Below, piece by piece: positions 22,254 through 37,200 of a stretch of 64,000 nt of DNA. The position numbers and the translations under genes were made by a program. Every line of letters begins with the position of its first letter. The stretch's first letter is position 1. Source of the stretch: Balanoglossus misakiensis (taxonomy: Eukaryota; Animalia; Hemichordata); assembly GCA_040954595.2 (NCBI GenBank), contig CM082587.2, positions 11,897,262 through 11,961,261 on the forward strand. Direction: 5' to 3'. The notes below the pieces were generated by a model that ran no database searches, had not been told where the DNA came from, and worked only from the letters and a program-made list of their open reading frames with translations.

Positions 22254-25200
22254 TACGTGCCATTGGAGAGCTCCATTGACTGGTCATTCATACTGTTTTC
22301 ATTCATTCATTGCGGCATCAATATATTTTATGTATTCTAGCCAAAGAGCTTGGCACCTGTTGAAATGAACTCATCTGCTGTGGGCCAGTTTATTGGTGGC
22401 AGTTGAGCTGAGGAGAGCACCTTCCTTCCCGGCACGCCACCAAGTAAAGTTCCACGCCGCCCACCACAGATGCCAGCATTCATTCATGCGAGTGAGTGTA
22501 ATTGCAAATTTGCCTATTCTAGATCTGTAATGGAAATGGAGAAAGTACCTTATATTTTCTGTAAAATAGACATTTAATTGGCAAGCCGTCCTGCATCAAT
22601 TATGAATTGTGTACATGCACTAAAGCGCCCTCACTGCTGGGTGTGTTGTATGGTCTTTAACCCTGTTTCAAATTAGAGTACTTTCTGCAATTTCAAGACA
22701 GATCTTACGTGCCATTGGAGAGCTCCATTGACTGGTCATTCATACTGTTTTCATTCATTCATTGCGGCATCAATATATTTTATCTATTCTAGCCAAAGAG
22801 CTTGGCACCTGTTGAAATGAACTCATCTGCTGTGGGCCAGTTTATTGGTGGCAGTTGAGCTGAGGAGAGCACCTTCCTTCCCGGCACGCCACCAAGTAAA
22901 GTTCCACGCCGCCCACCACAGATGCCAGCATTCATTCATGCGAGTGAGTGTAATTGCAAATTTGCCTATTCTAGAATTACGTGCCATTGGAGAGCTCCAT
23001 TGACTGGTCATTCATACTGTTTTCATTCATTCATTGCGGCATCAATATATTTTATCTATTCTAGCCAAAGAGCTTGGCACCTGTTGAAATGAACTCATCT
23101 GCTGTGGGCCAGTTTATTGGTGGCAGTTGAGCTGAGGAGAGCACCTTCCTTCCCGGCACGCCACCAAGTAAAGTTCCACGCCGCCCACCACAGATGCCAG
23201 CATTCATTCATGCGAGTGAGTGTAATTGCAAATTTGCCTATTCTAGATCTGTAATGGAAATGGAGAAAGTACCTTATATTTTCTGTAAAATAGACATTTA
23301 ATTGGCAAGCCGTCCTGCATCAATTATGAATTGTGTACATGCACTAAAGCGCCCTCACTGCTGGGTGTGTTGTATGGTCTTTAACCCTGTTTCAAATTAG
23401 AGTACTTTCTGCAATTTCAAGACAGATCTTACGTGCCATTGGAGAGCTCCATTGACTGGTCATTCATACTGTTTTCATTCATTCATTGCGGCATCAATAT
23501 ATTTTATCTATTCTAGCCAAAGAGCTTGGCACCTGTTGAAATGAACTCATCTGCTGTGGGCCAGTTTATTGGTGGCAGTTGAGCTGAGGAGAGCACCTTC
23601 CTTCCCGGCACGCCACCAAGTAAAGTTCCACGCCGCCCACCACAGATGCCAGCATTCATTCATGCGAGTGAGTGTAATTGCAAATTTGCCTATTCTAGAA
23701 TCTTACGTGCCATTGGAGAGCTCCATTGACTGGTCATTCATACTGTTTTCATTCATTCATTGCGGCATCAATATATTTTATCTATTCTAGCCAAAGAGCT
23801 TGGCACCTGTTGAAATGAACTCATCTGCTGTGGGCCAGTTTATTGGTGGCAGTTGAGCTGAGGAGAGCACCTTCCTTCCCGGCACGCCACCAAGTAAAGT
23901 TCCACGCCGCCCACCACAGATGCCAGCATTCATTCATGCGAGTGAGTGTAATTGCAAATTTGCCTATTCTAGATCTGTAATGGAAATGGAGAAAGTACCT
24001 TATATTTTCTGTAAAATAGACATTTAATTGGCAAGCCGTCCTGCATCAATTATTAATTGTGTACATGCACTAAAGCGCCCTCACTGCTGGGTGTGTTGTA
24101 TGGTCTTTAACCCTGTTTCAAATTAGAGTACTTTCTGCAATTTCAAGACAGATCTTACGTGCCATTGGAGAGCTCCATTGACTGGTCATTCATACTGTTT
24201 TCATTCATTCATTGCGGCATCAATATATTTTATCTATTCTAGCCAAAGAGCTTGGCACCTGTTGAAATGAACTCATCTGCTGTGGGCCAGTTTATTGGTG
24301 GCAGTTGAGCTGAGAAGAGCACCTTCCTTCCCGGCACGCCACCAAGTAAAGTTCCACGCCGCCCACCACAGATGCCAGCATTCATTCATGCGAGTGAGTG
24401 TAATTGCAAATTTGCCTATTCTAGATCTGTAATGGAAATGGAGAAAGTACCTTATATTTTCTGTAAAATAGACATTTAATTGGCAAGCCGTCCTGCATCA
24501 ATTATGAATTGTGTACATGCACTAAAGCGCCCTCACTGCTGGGTGTGTTGTATGGTCTTTAACCCTGTTTCAAATTAGAGTACTTTCTGCAATTTCAAGA
24601 CAGATCTTACGTGCCATTGGAGAGCTCCATTGACTGGTCATTCATACTGTTTTCATTCATTCATTGCGGCATCAATATATTTTATCTATTCTAGCCAAAG
24701 AGCTTGGCACCTGTTGAAATGAACTCATCTGCTGTGGGCCAGTTTATTGGTGGCAGTTGAGCTGAGGAGAGCACCTTCCTTCCCGGCACGCCACCAAGTA
24801 AAGTTCCACGCCGCCCACCACAGATGCCAGCATTCATTCATGCGAGTGAGTGTAATTGCAAATTTGCCTATTCTAGATCTGTAATGGAAATGGAGAAAGT
24901 ACCTTATATTTTCTGTAAAATAGACATTTAATTGGCAAGCCGTCCTGCATCAATTATGAATTGTGTACATGCACTAAAGCGCCCTCACTGCTGGGTGTGT
25001 TGTATGGTCTTTAACCCTGTTTCAAATTAGAGTACTTTCTGCAATTTCAAGACAGATCTTACGTGCCATTGGAGAGCTCCATTGACTGGTCATTCATACT
25101 GTTTTCATTCATTCATTGCGGCATCAATATATTTTATCTATTCTAGCCAAAGAGCTTGGCACCTGTTGAAATGAACTCATCTGCTGTGGGCCAGTTTATT

Positions 25201-28200
25201 GGTGGCAGTTGAGCTGAGGAGAGCACCTTCCTTCCCGGCACGCCACCAAGTAAAGTTCCACGCCGCCCACCACAGATGCCAGCATTCATTCATGCGAGTG
25301 AGTGTAATTGCAAATTTGCCTATTCTAGATCTGTAATGGAAATGGAGAAAGTACCTTATATTTTCTGTAAAATAGACATTTAATTGGCAAGCCGTCCTGC
25401 ATCAATTATGAATTGTGTACATGCACTAAAGCGCCCTCACTGCTGGGTGTGTTGTATGGTCTTTAACCCTGTTTCAAATTAGAGTACTTTCTGCAATTTC
25501 AAGACAGATCTTACGTGCCATTGGAGAGCTCCATTGACTGGTCATTCATACTGTTTTCATTCATTCATTGCGGCATCAATATATTTTATCTATTCTAGCC
25601 AAAGAGCTTGGCACCTGTTGAAATGAACTCATCTGCTCTGGGCCAGTTTATTGGTGGCAGTTGAGCTGAGGAGAGCACCTTCCTTCCCGGCACGCCACCA
25701 AGTAAAGTTCCACGCCGCCCACCACAGATGCCAGCATTCATTCATGCGAGTGAGTGTAATTGCAAATTTGCCTATTCTAGATCTGTAATGGAAATGGAGA
25801 AAGTACCTTATATTTTCTGTAAAATAGACATTTAATTGGCAAGCCGTCCTGCATCAATTATGAATTGTGTACATGCACTAAAGCGCCCTCACTGCTGGGT
25901 GTGTTGTATGGTCTTTAACCCTGTTTCAAATTAGAGTACTTTCTGCAATTTCAAGACAGATCTTACGTGCCATTGGAGAGCTCCATTGACTGGTCATTCA
26001 TACTGTTTTCATTCATTCATTGCGGCATCAATATATTTTATCTATTCTAGCCAAAGAGCTTGGCACCTGTTGAAATGAACTCATCTGCTGTGGGCCAGTT
26101 TATTGGTGGCAGTTGAGCTGAGAAGAGCACCTTCCTTCCCGGCACGCCACCAAGTAAAGTTCCACGCCGCCCACCACAGATGCCAGCATTCATTCATGCG
26201 AGTGAGTGTAATTGCAAATTTGCCTATTCTAGAATCTTACGTGCCATTGGAGAGCTCCATTGACTGGTCATTCATACTGTTTTCATTCATTCATTGCGGC
26301 ATCAATATATTTTATCTATTCTAGCCAAAGAGCTTGGCACCTGTTGAAATGAACTCATCTGCTGTGGGCCAGTTTATTGGTGGCAGTTGAGCTGAGGAGA
26401 GCACCTTCCTTCCCGGGACGCCACCAAGTAAAGTTCCACGCCGCCCACCACAGATGCCAGCATTCATTCATGCGAGTGAGTGTAATTGCAAATTTGCCTA
26501 TTCTAGATTCTTACGTGCCATTGGAGAGCTCCATTGACTGGTCATTCATACTGTTTTCATTCATTCATTGCGGCATCAATATATTTTATCTATTCTAGCC
26601 AAAGAGCTTGGCACCTGTTGAAATGAACTCATCTGCTGTGGGCCAGTTTATTGGTGGCAGTTGAGCTGAGGAGAGCACCTTCCTTCCCGGCACGCCACCA
26701 AGTAAAGTTCCACGCCGCCCACCACAGATGCCAGCATTCATTCATGCGAGTGAGTGTAATTGCAAATTTGCCTATTCTAGATCTGTAATGGAAATGGAGA
26801 AAGTACCTTATATTTTCTGTAAAATAGACATTTAATTGGCAAGCCGTCCTGCATCAATTATTAATTGTGTACATGCACTAAAGCGCCCTCACTGCTGGGT
26901 GTGTTGTATGGTCTTTAACCCTGTTTCAAATTAGAGTACTTTCTGCAATTTCAAGACAGATCTTACGTGCCATTGGAGAGCTCCATTGACTGGTCATTCA
27001 TACTGTTTTCATTCATTCATTGCGGCATCAATATATTTTATCTATTCTAGCCAAAGAGCTTGGCACCTGTTGAAATGAACTCATCTGCTGTGGGCCAGTT
27101 TATTGGTGGCAGTTGAGCTGAGGAGAGCACCTTCCTTCCCGGCACGCCACCAAGTAAAGTTCCACGCCGCCCACCACAGATGCCAGCATTCATTCATGCG
27201 AGTGAGTGTAATTGCAAATTTGCCTATTCTAGAATTACGTGCCATTGGAGAGCTCCATTGACTGGTCATTCATACTGTTTTCATTCATTCATTGCGGCAT
27301 CAATATATTTTATCTATTCTAGCCAAAGAGCTTGGCACCTGTTGAAATGAACTCATCTGCTGTGGGCCAGTTTATTGGTGGCAGTTGAGCTGAGGAGAGC
27401 ACCTTCCTTCCCGGCACGCCACCAAGTAAAGTTCCACGCCGCCCACCACAGATGCCAGCATTCATTCATGCGAGTGAGTGTAATTGCAAATTTGCCTATT
27501 CTAGATCTGTAATGGAAATGGAGAAAGTACCTTATATTTTCTGTAAAATAGACATTTAATTGGCAAGCCGTCCTGCATCAATTATGAATTGTGTACATGC
27601 ACTAAAGCGCCCTCACTGCTGGGTGTGTTGTATGGTCTTTAACCCTGTTTCAAATTAGAGTACTTTCTGCAATTTCAAGACAGATCTTACGTGCCATTGG
27701 AGAGCTCCATTGACTGGTCATTCATACTGTTTTCATTCATTCATTGCGGCATCAATATATTTTATCTATTCTAGCCAAAGAGCTTGGCACCTGTTGAAAT
27801 GAACTCATCTGCTGTGGGCCAGTTTATTGGTGGCAGTTGAGCTGAGGAGAGCACCTTCCTTCCCGGCACGCCACCAAGTAAAGTTCCACGCCGCCCACCA
27901 CAGATGCCAGCATTCATTCATGCGAGTGAGTGTAATTGCAAATTTGCCTATTCTAGATCTGTAATGGAAATGGAGAAAGTACCTTATATTTTCTGTAAAA
28001 TAGACATTTAATTGGCAAGCCGTCCTGCATCAATTATGAATTGTGTACATGCACTAAAGCGCCCTCACTGCTGGGTGTGTTGTATGGTCTTTAACCCTGT
28101 TTCAAATTAGAGTACTTTCTGCAATTTCAAGACAGATCTTACGTGCCATTGGAGAGCTCCATTGACTGGTCATTCATACTGTTTTCATTCATTCATTGCG

Positions 28201-31200
28201 GCATCAATATATTTTATCTATTCTAGCCAAAGAGCTTGGCACCTGTTGAAATGAACTCATCTGCTGTGGGCCAGTTTATTGGTGGCAGTTGAGCTGAGGA
28301 GAGCACCTTCCTTCCCGGCACGCCACCAAGTAAAGTTCCACGCCGCCCACCACAGATGCCAGCATTCATTCATGCGAGTGAGTGTAATTGCAAATTTGCC
28401 TATTCTAGATCTGTAATGGAAATGGAGAAAGTACCTTATATTTTCTGTAAAATAGACATTTAATTGGCAAGCCGTCCTGCATCAATTATGAATTGTGTAC
28501 ATGCACTAAAGCGCCCTCACTGCTGGGTGTGTTGTATGGTCTTTAACCCTGTTTCAAATTAGAGTACTTTCTGCAATTTCAAGACAGATCTTACGTGCCA
28601 TTGGAGAGCTCCATTGACTGGTCATTCATACTGTTTTCATTCATTCATTGCGGCATCAATATATTTTATCTATTCTAGCCAAAGAGCTTGGCACCTGTTG
28701 AAATGAACTCATCTGCTGTGGGCCAGTTTATTGGTGGCAGTTGAGCTGAGGAGAGCACCTTCCTTCCCGGCACGCCACCAAGTAAAGTTCCACGCCGCCC
28801 ACCACAGATGCCAGCATTCATTCATGCGAGTGAGTGTAATTGCAAATTTGCCTATTCTAGATCTGTAATGGAAATGGAGAAAGTACCTTATATTTTCTGT
28901 AAAATAGACATTTAATTGGCAAGCCGTCCTGCATCAATTATTAATTGTGTACATGCACTAAAGCGCCCTCACTGCTGGGTGTGTTGTATGGTCTTTAACC
29001 CTGTTTCAAATTAGAGTACTTTCTGCAATTTCAAGACAGATCTTACGTGCCATTGGAGAGCTCCATTGACTGGTCATTCATACTGTTTTCATTCATTCAT
29101 TGCGGCATCAATATATTTTATCTATTCTAGCCAAAGAGCTTGGCACCTGTTGAAATGAACTCATCTGCTGTGGGCCAGTTTATTGGTGGCAGTTGAGCTG
29201 AGAAGAGCACCTTCCTTCCCGGCACGCCACCAAGTAAAGTTCCACGCCGCCCACCACAGATGCCAGCATTCATTCATGCGAGTGAGTGTAATTGCAAATT
29301 TGCCTATTCTAGAATCTTACGTGCCATTGGAGAGCTCCATTGACTGGTCATTCATACTGTTTTCATTCATTCATTGCGGCATCAATATATTTTATCTATT
29401 CTAGCCAAAGAGCTTGGCACCTGTTGAAATGAACTCATCTGCTGTGGGCCAGTTTATTGGTGGCAGTTGAGCTGAGGAGAGCACCTTCCTTCCCGGGACG
29501 CCACCAAGTAAAGTTCCACGCCGCCCACCACAGATGCCAGCATTCATTCATGCGAGTGAGTGTAATTGCAAATTTGCCTATTCTAGATTCTTACGTGCCA
29601 TTGGAGAGCTCCATTGACTGGTCATTCATACTGTTTTCATTCATTCATTGCGGCATCAATATATTTTATCTATTCTAGCCAAAGAGCTTGGCACCTGTTG
29701 AAATGAACTCATCTGCTGTGGGCCAGTTTATTGGTGGCAGTTGAGCTGAGGAGAGCACCTTCCTTCCCGGCACGCCACCAAGTAAAGTTCCACGCCGCCC
29801 ACCACAGATGCCAGCATTCATTCATGCGAGTGAGTGTAATTGCAAATTTGCCTATTCTAGATCTGTAATGGAAATGGAGAAAGTACCTTATATTTTCTGT
29901 AAAATAGACATTTAATTGGCAAGCCGTCCTGCATCAATTATTAATTGTGTACATGCACTAAAGCGCCCTCACTGCTGGGTGTGTTGTATGGTCTTTAACC
30001 CTGTTTCAAATTAGAGTACTTTCTGCAATTTCAAGACAGATCTTACGTGCCATTGGAGAGCTCCATTGACTGGTCATTCATACTGTTTTCATTCATTCAT
30101 TGCGGCATCAATATATTTTATCTATTCTAGCCAAAGAGCTTGGCACCTGTTGAAATGAACTCATCTGCTGTGGGCCAGTTTATTGGTGGCAGTTGAGCTG
30201 AGGAGAGCACCTTCCTTCCCGGCACGCCACCAAGTAAAGTTCCACGCCGCCCACCACAGATGCCAGCATTCATTCATGCGAGTGAGTGTAATTGCAAATT
30301 TGCCTATTCTAGAATTACGTGCCATTGGAGAGCTCCATTGACTGGTCATTCATACTGTTTTCATTCATTCATTGCGGCATCAATATATTTTATCTATTCT
30401 AGCCAAAGAGCTTGGCACCTGTTGAAATGAACTCATCTGCTGTGGGCCAGTTTATTGGTGGCAGTTGAGCTGAGGAGAGCACCTTCCTTCCCGGCACGCC
30501 ACCAAGTAAAGTTCCACGCCGCCCACCACAGATGCCAGCATTCATTCATGCGAGTGAGTGTAATTGCAAATTTGCCTATTCTAGATCTGTAATGGAAATG
30601 GAGAAAGTACCTTATATTTTCTGTAAAATAGACATTTAATTGGCAAGCCGTCCTGCATCAATTATGAATTGTGTACATGCACTAAAGCGCCCTCACTGCT
30701 GGGTGTGTTGTATGGTCTTTAACCCTGTTTCAAATTAGAGTACTTTCTGCAATTTCAAGACAGATCTTACGTGCCATTGGAGAGCTCCATTGACTGGTCA
30801 TTCATACTGTTTTCATTCATTCATTGCGGCATCAATATATTTTATCTATTCTAGCCAAAGAGCTTGGCACCTGTTGAAATGAACTCATCTGCTGTGGGCC
30901 AGTTTATTGGTGGCAGTTGAGCTGAGGAGAGCACCTTCCTTCCCGGCACGCCACCAAGTAAAGTTCCACGCCGCCCACCACAGATGCCAGCATTCATTCA
31001 TGCGAGTGAGTGTAATTGCAAATTTGCCTATTCTAGATCTGTAATGGAAATGGAGAAAGTACCTTATATTTTCTGTAAAATAGACATTTAATTGGCAAGC
31101 CGTCCTGCATCAATTATGAATTGTGTACATGCACTAAAGCGCCCTCACTGCTGGGTGTGTTGTATGGTCTTTAACCCTGTTTCAAATTAGAGTACTTTCT

Positions 31201-34200
31201 GCAATTTCAAGACAGATCTTACGTGCCATTGGAGAGCTCCATTGACTGGTCATTCATACTGTTTTCATTCATTCATTTCGGCATCAATATATTTTATCTA
31301 TTCTAGCCAAAGAGCTTGGCACCTGTTGAAATGAACTCATCTGCTGTGGGCCAGTTTATTGGTGGCAGTTGAGCTGAGAAGAGCACCTTCCTTCCCGGCA
31401 CGCCACCAAGTAAAGTTCCACGCCGCCCACCACAGATGCCAGCATTCATTCATGCGAGTGAGTGTAATTGCAAATTTGCCTATTCTAGAATCTTACGTGC
31501 CATTGGAGAGCTCCATTGACTGGTCATTCATACTGTTTTCATTCATTCATTGCGGCATCAATATATTTTATCTATTCTAGCCAAAGAGCTTGGCACCTGT
31601 TGAAATGAACTCATCTGCTGTGGGCCAGTTTATTGGTGGCAGTTGAGCTGAGGAGAGCACCTTCCTTCCCGGGACGCCACCAAGTAAAGTTCCACGCCGC
31701 CCACCACAGATGCCAGCATTCATTCATGCGAGTGAGTGTAATTGCAAATTTGCCTATTCTAGATTCTTACGTGCCATTGGAGAGCTCCATTGACTGGTCA
31801 TTCATACTGTTTTCATTCATTCATTGCGGCATCAATATATTTTATCTATTCTAGCCAAAGAGCTTGGCACCTGTTGAAATGAACTCATCTGCTGTGGGCC
31901 AGTTTATTGGTGGCAGTTGAGCTGAGGAGAGCACCTTCCTTCCCGGCACGCCACCAAGTAAAGTTCCACGCCGCCCACCACAGATGCCAGCATTCATTCA
32001 TGCGAGTGAGTGTAATTGCAAATTTGCCTATTCTAGATCTGTAATGGAAATGGAGAAAGTACCTTATATTTTCTGTAAAATAGACATTTAATTGGCAAGC
32101 CGTCCTGCATCAATTATTAATTGTGTACATGCACTAAAGCGCCCTCACTGCTGGGTGTGTTGTATGGTCTTTAACCCTGTTTCAAATTAGAGTACTTTCT
32201 GCAATTTCAAGACAGATCTTACGTGCCATTGGAGAGCTCCATTGACTGGTCATTCATACTGTTTTCATTCATTCATTGCGGCATCAATATATTTTATCTA
32301 TTCTAGCCAAAGAGCTTGGCACCTGTTGAAATGAACTCATCTGCTGTGGGCCAGTTTATTGGTGGCAGTTGAGCTGAGGAGAGCACCTTCCTTCCCGGCA
32401 CGCCACCAAGTAAAGTTCCACGCCGCCCACCACAGATGCCAGCATTCATTCATGCGAGTGAGTGTAATTGCAAATTTGCCTATTCTAGAATTACGTGCCA
32501 TTGGAGAGCTCCATTGACTGGTCATTCATACTGTTTTCATTCATTCATTGCGGCATCAATATATTTTATCTATTCTAGCCAAAGAGCTTGGCACCTGTTG
32601 AAATGAACTCATCTGCTGTGGGCCAGTTTATTGGTGGCAGTTGAGCTGAGGAGAGCACCTTCCTTCCCGGCACGCCACCAAGTAAAGTTCCACGCCGCCC
32701 ACCACAGATGCCAGCATTCATTCATGCGAGTGAGTGTAATTGCAAATTTGCCTATTCTAGATCTGTAATGGAAATGGAGAAAGTACCTTATATTTTCTGT
32801 AAAATAGACATTTAATTGGCAAGCCGTCCTGCATCAATTATGAATTGTGTACATGCACTAAAGCGCCCTCACTGCTGGGTGTGTTGTATGGTCTTTAACC
32901 CTGTTTCAAATTAGAGTACTTTCTGCAATTTCAAGACAGATCTTACGTGCCATTGGAGAGCTCCATTGACTGGTCATTCATACTGTTTTCATTCATTCAT
33001 TGCGGCATCAATATATTTTATCTATTCTAGCCAAAGAGCTTGGCACCTGTTGAAATGAACTCATCTGCTGTGGGCCAGTTTATTGGTGGCAGTTGAGCTG
33101 AGGAGAGCACCTTCCTTCCCGGCACGCCACCAAGTAAAGTTCCACGCCGCCCACCACAGATGCCAGCATTCATTCATGCGAGTGAGTGTAATTGCAAATT
33201 TGCCTATTCTAGATCTGTAATGGAAATGGAGAAAGTACCTTATATTTTCTGTAAAATAGACATTTAATTGGCAAGCCGTCCTGCATCAATTATTAATTGT
33301 GTACATGCACTAAAGCGCCCTCACTGCTGGGTGTGTTGTATGGTCTTTAACCCTGTTTCAAATTAGAGTACTTTCTGCAATTTCAAGACAGATCTTACGT
33401 GCCATTGGAGAGCTCCATTGACTGGTCATTCATACTGTTTTCATTCATTCATTGCGGCATCAATATATTTTATCTATTCTAGCCAAAGAGCTTGGCACCT
33501 GTTGAAATGAACTCATCTGCTGTGGGCCAGTTTATTGGTGGCAGTTGAGCTGAGAAGAGCACCTTCCTTCCCGGCACGCCACCAAGTAAAGTTCCACGCC
33601 GCCCACCACAGATGCCAGCATTCATTCATGCGAGTGAGTGTAATTGCAAATTTGCCTATTCTAGATCTGTAATGGAAATGGAGAAAGTACCTTATATTTT
33701 CTGTAAAATAGACATTTAATTGGCAAGCCGTCCTGCATCAATTATGAATTGTGTACATGCACTAAAGCGCCCTCACTGCTGGGTGTGTTGTATGGTCTTT
33801 AACCCTGTTTCAAATTAGAGTACTTTCTGCAATTTCAAGACAGATCTTACGTGCCATTGGAGAGCTCCATTGACTGGTCATTCATACTGTTTTCATTCAT
33901 TCATTGCGGCATCAATATATTTTATCTATTCTAGCCAAAGAGCTTGGCACCTGTTGAAATGAACTCATCTGCTGTGGGCCAGTTTATTGGTGGCAGTTGA
34001 GCTGAGGAGAGCACCTTCCTTCCCGGCACGCCACCAAGTAAAGTTCCACGCCGCCCACCACAGATGCCAGCATTCATTCATGCGAGTGAGTGTAATTGCA
34101 AATTTGCCTATTCTAGATCTGTAATGGAAATGGAGAAAGTACCTTATATTTTCTGTAAAATAGACATTTAATTGGCAAGCCGTCCTGCATCAATTATGAA

Positions 34201-37200
34201 TTGTGTACATGCACTAAAGCGCCCTCACTGCTGGGTGTGTTGTATGGTCTTTAACCCTGTTTCAAATTAGAGTACTTTCTGCAATTTCAAGACAGATCTT
34301 ACGTGCCATTGGAGAGCTCCATTGACTGGTCATTCATACTGTTTTCATTCATTCATTGCGGCATCAATATATTTTATCTATTCTAGCCAAAGAGCTTGGC
34401 ACCTGTTGAAATGAACTCATCTGCTGTGGGCCAGTTTATTGGTGGCAGTTGAGCTGAGGAGAGCACCTTCCTTCCCGGCACGCCACCAAGTAAAGTTCCA
34501 CGCCGCCCACCACAGATGCCAGCATTCATTCATGCGAGTGAGTGTAATTGCAAATTTGCCTATTCTAGATCTGTAATGGAAATGGAGAAAGTACCTTATA
34601 TTTTCTGTAAAATAGACATTTAATTGGCAAGCCGTCCTGCATCAATTATGAATTGTGTACATGCACTAAAGCGCCCTCACTGCTGGGTGTGTTGTATGGT
34701 CTTTAACCCTGTTTCAAATTAGAGTACTTTCTGCAATTTCAAGACAGATCTTACGTGCCATTGGAGAGCTCCATTGACTGGTCATTCATACTGTTTTCAT
34801 TCATTCATTGCGGCATCAATATATTTTATCTATTCTAGCCAAAGAGCTTGGCACCTGTTGAAATGAACTCATCTGCTGTGGGCCAGTTTATTGGTGGCAG
34901 TTGAGCTGAGGAGAGCACCTTCCTTCCCGGCACGCCACCAAGTAAAGTTCCACGCCGCCCACCACAGATGCCAGCATTCATTCATGCGAGTGAGTGTAAT
35001 TGCAAATTTGCCTATTCTAGATCTGTAATGGAAATGGAGAAAGTACCTTATATTTTCTGTAAAATAGACATTTAATTGGCAAGCCGTCCTGCATCAATTA
35101 TGAATTGTGTACATGCACTAAAGCGCCCTCACTGCTGGGTGTGTTGTATGGTCTTTAACCCTGTTTCAAATTAGAGTACTTTCTGCAATTTCAAGACAGA
35201 TCTTACGTGCCATTGGAGAGCTCCATTGACTGGTCATTCATACTGTTTTCATTCATTCATTGCGGCATCAATATATTTTATCTATTCTAGCCAAAGAGCT
35301 TGGCACCTGTTGAAATGAACTCATCTGCTGTGGGCCAGTTTATTGGTGGCAGTTGAGCTGAGAAGAGCACCTTCCTTCCCGGCACGCCACCAAGTAAAGT
35401 TCCACGCCGCCCACCACAGATGCCAGCATTCATTCATGCGAGTGAGTGTAATTGCAAATTTGCCTATTCTAGAATCTTACGTGCCATTGGAGAGCTCCAT
35501 TGACTGGTCATTCATACTGTTTTCATTCATTCATTGCGGCATCAATATATTTTATCTATTCTAGCCAAAGAGCTTGGCACCTGTTGAAATGAACTCATCT
35601 GCTGTGGGCCAGTTTATTGGTGGCAGTTGAGCTGAGGAGAGCACCTTCCTTCCCGGGACGCCACCAAGTAAAGTTCCACGCCGCCCACCACAGATGCCAG
35701 CATTCATTCATGCGAGTGAGTGTAATTGCAAATTTGCCTATTCTAGATTCTTACGTGCCATTGGAGAGCTCCATTGACTGGTCATTCATACTGTTTTCAT
35801 TCATTCATTGCGGCATCAATATATTTTATCTATTCTAGCCAAAGAGCTTGGCACCTGTTGAAATGAACTCATCTGCTGTGGGCCAGTTTATTGGTGGCAG
35901 TTGAGCTGAGGAGAGCACCTTCCTTCCCGGCACGCCACCAAGTAAAGTTCCACGCCGCCCACCACAGATGCCAGCATTCATTCATGCGAGTGAGTGTAAT
36001 TGCAAATTTGCCTATTCTAGATCTGTAATGGAAATGGAGAAAGTACCTTATATTTTCTGTAAAATAGACATTTAATTGGCAAGCCGTCCTGCATCAATTA
36101 TGAATTGTGTACATGCACTAAAGCGCCCTCACTGCTGGGTGTGTTGTATGGTCTTTAACCCTGTTTCAAATTAGAGTACTTTCTGCAATTTCAAGACAGA
36201 TCTTACGTGCCATTGGAGAGCTCCATTGACTGGTCATTCATACTGTTTTCATTCATTCATTGCGGCATCAATATATTTTATCTATTCTAGCCAAAGAGCT
36301 TGGCACCTGTTGAAATGAACTCATCTGCTGTGGGCCAGTTTATTGGTGGCAGTTGAGCTGAGGAGAGCACCTTCCTTCCCGGCACGCCACCAAGTAAAGT
36401 TCCACGCCGCCCACCACAGATGCCAGCATTCATTCATGCGAGTGAGTGTAATTGCAAATTTGCCTATTCTAGATCTGTAATGGAAATGGAGAAAGTACCT
36501 TATATTTTCTGTAAAATAGACATTTAATTGGCAAGCCGTCCTGCATCAATTATGAATTGTGTACATGCACTAAAGCGCCCTCACTGCTGGGTGTGTTGTA
36601 TGGTCTTTAACCCTGTTTCAAATTAGAGTACTTTCTGCAATTTCAAGACAGATCTTACGTGCCATTGGAGAGCTCCATTGACTGGTCATTCATACTGTTT
36701 TCATTCATTCATTGCGGCATCAATATATTTTATGTATTCTAGCCAAAGAGCTTGGCACCTGTTGAAATGAACTCATCTGCTGTGGGCCAGTTTATTGGTG
36801 GCAGTTGAGCTGAGGAGAGCACCTTCCTTCCCGGCACGCCACCAAGTAAAGTTCCACGCCGCCCACCACAGATGCCAGCATTCATTCATGCGAGTGAGTG
36901 TAATTGCAAATTTGCCTATTCTAGATCTGTAATGGAAATGGAGAAAGTACCTTATATTTTCTGTAAAATAGACATTTAATTGGCAAGCCGTCCTGCATCA
37001 ATTATTAATTGTGTACATGCACTAAAGCGCCCTCACTGCTGGGTGTGTTGTATGGTCTTTAACCCTGTTTCAAATTAGAGTACTTTCTGCAATTTCAAGA
37101 CAGATCTTACGTGCCATTGGAGAGCTCCATTGACTGGTCATTCATACTGTTTTCATTCATTCATTGCGGCATCAATATATTTTATCTATTCTAGCCAAAG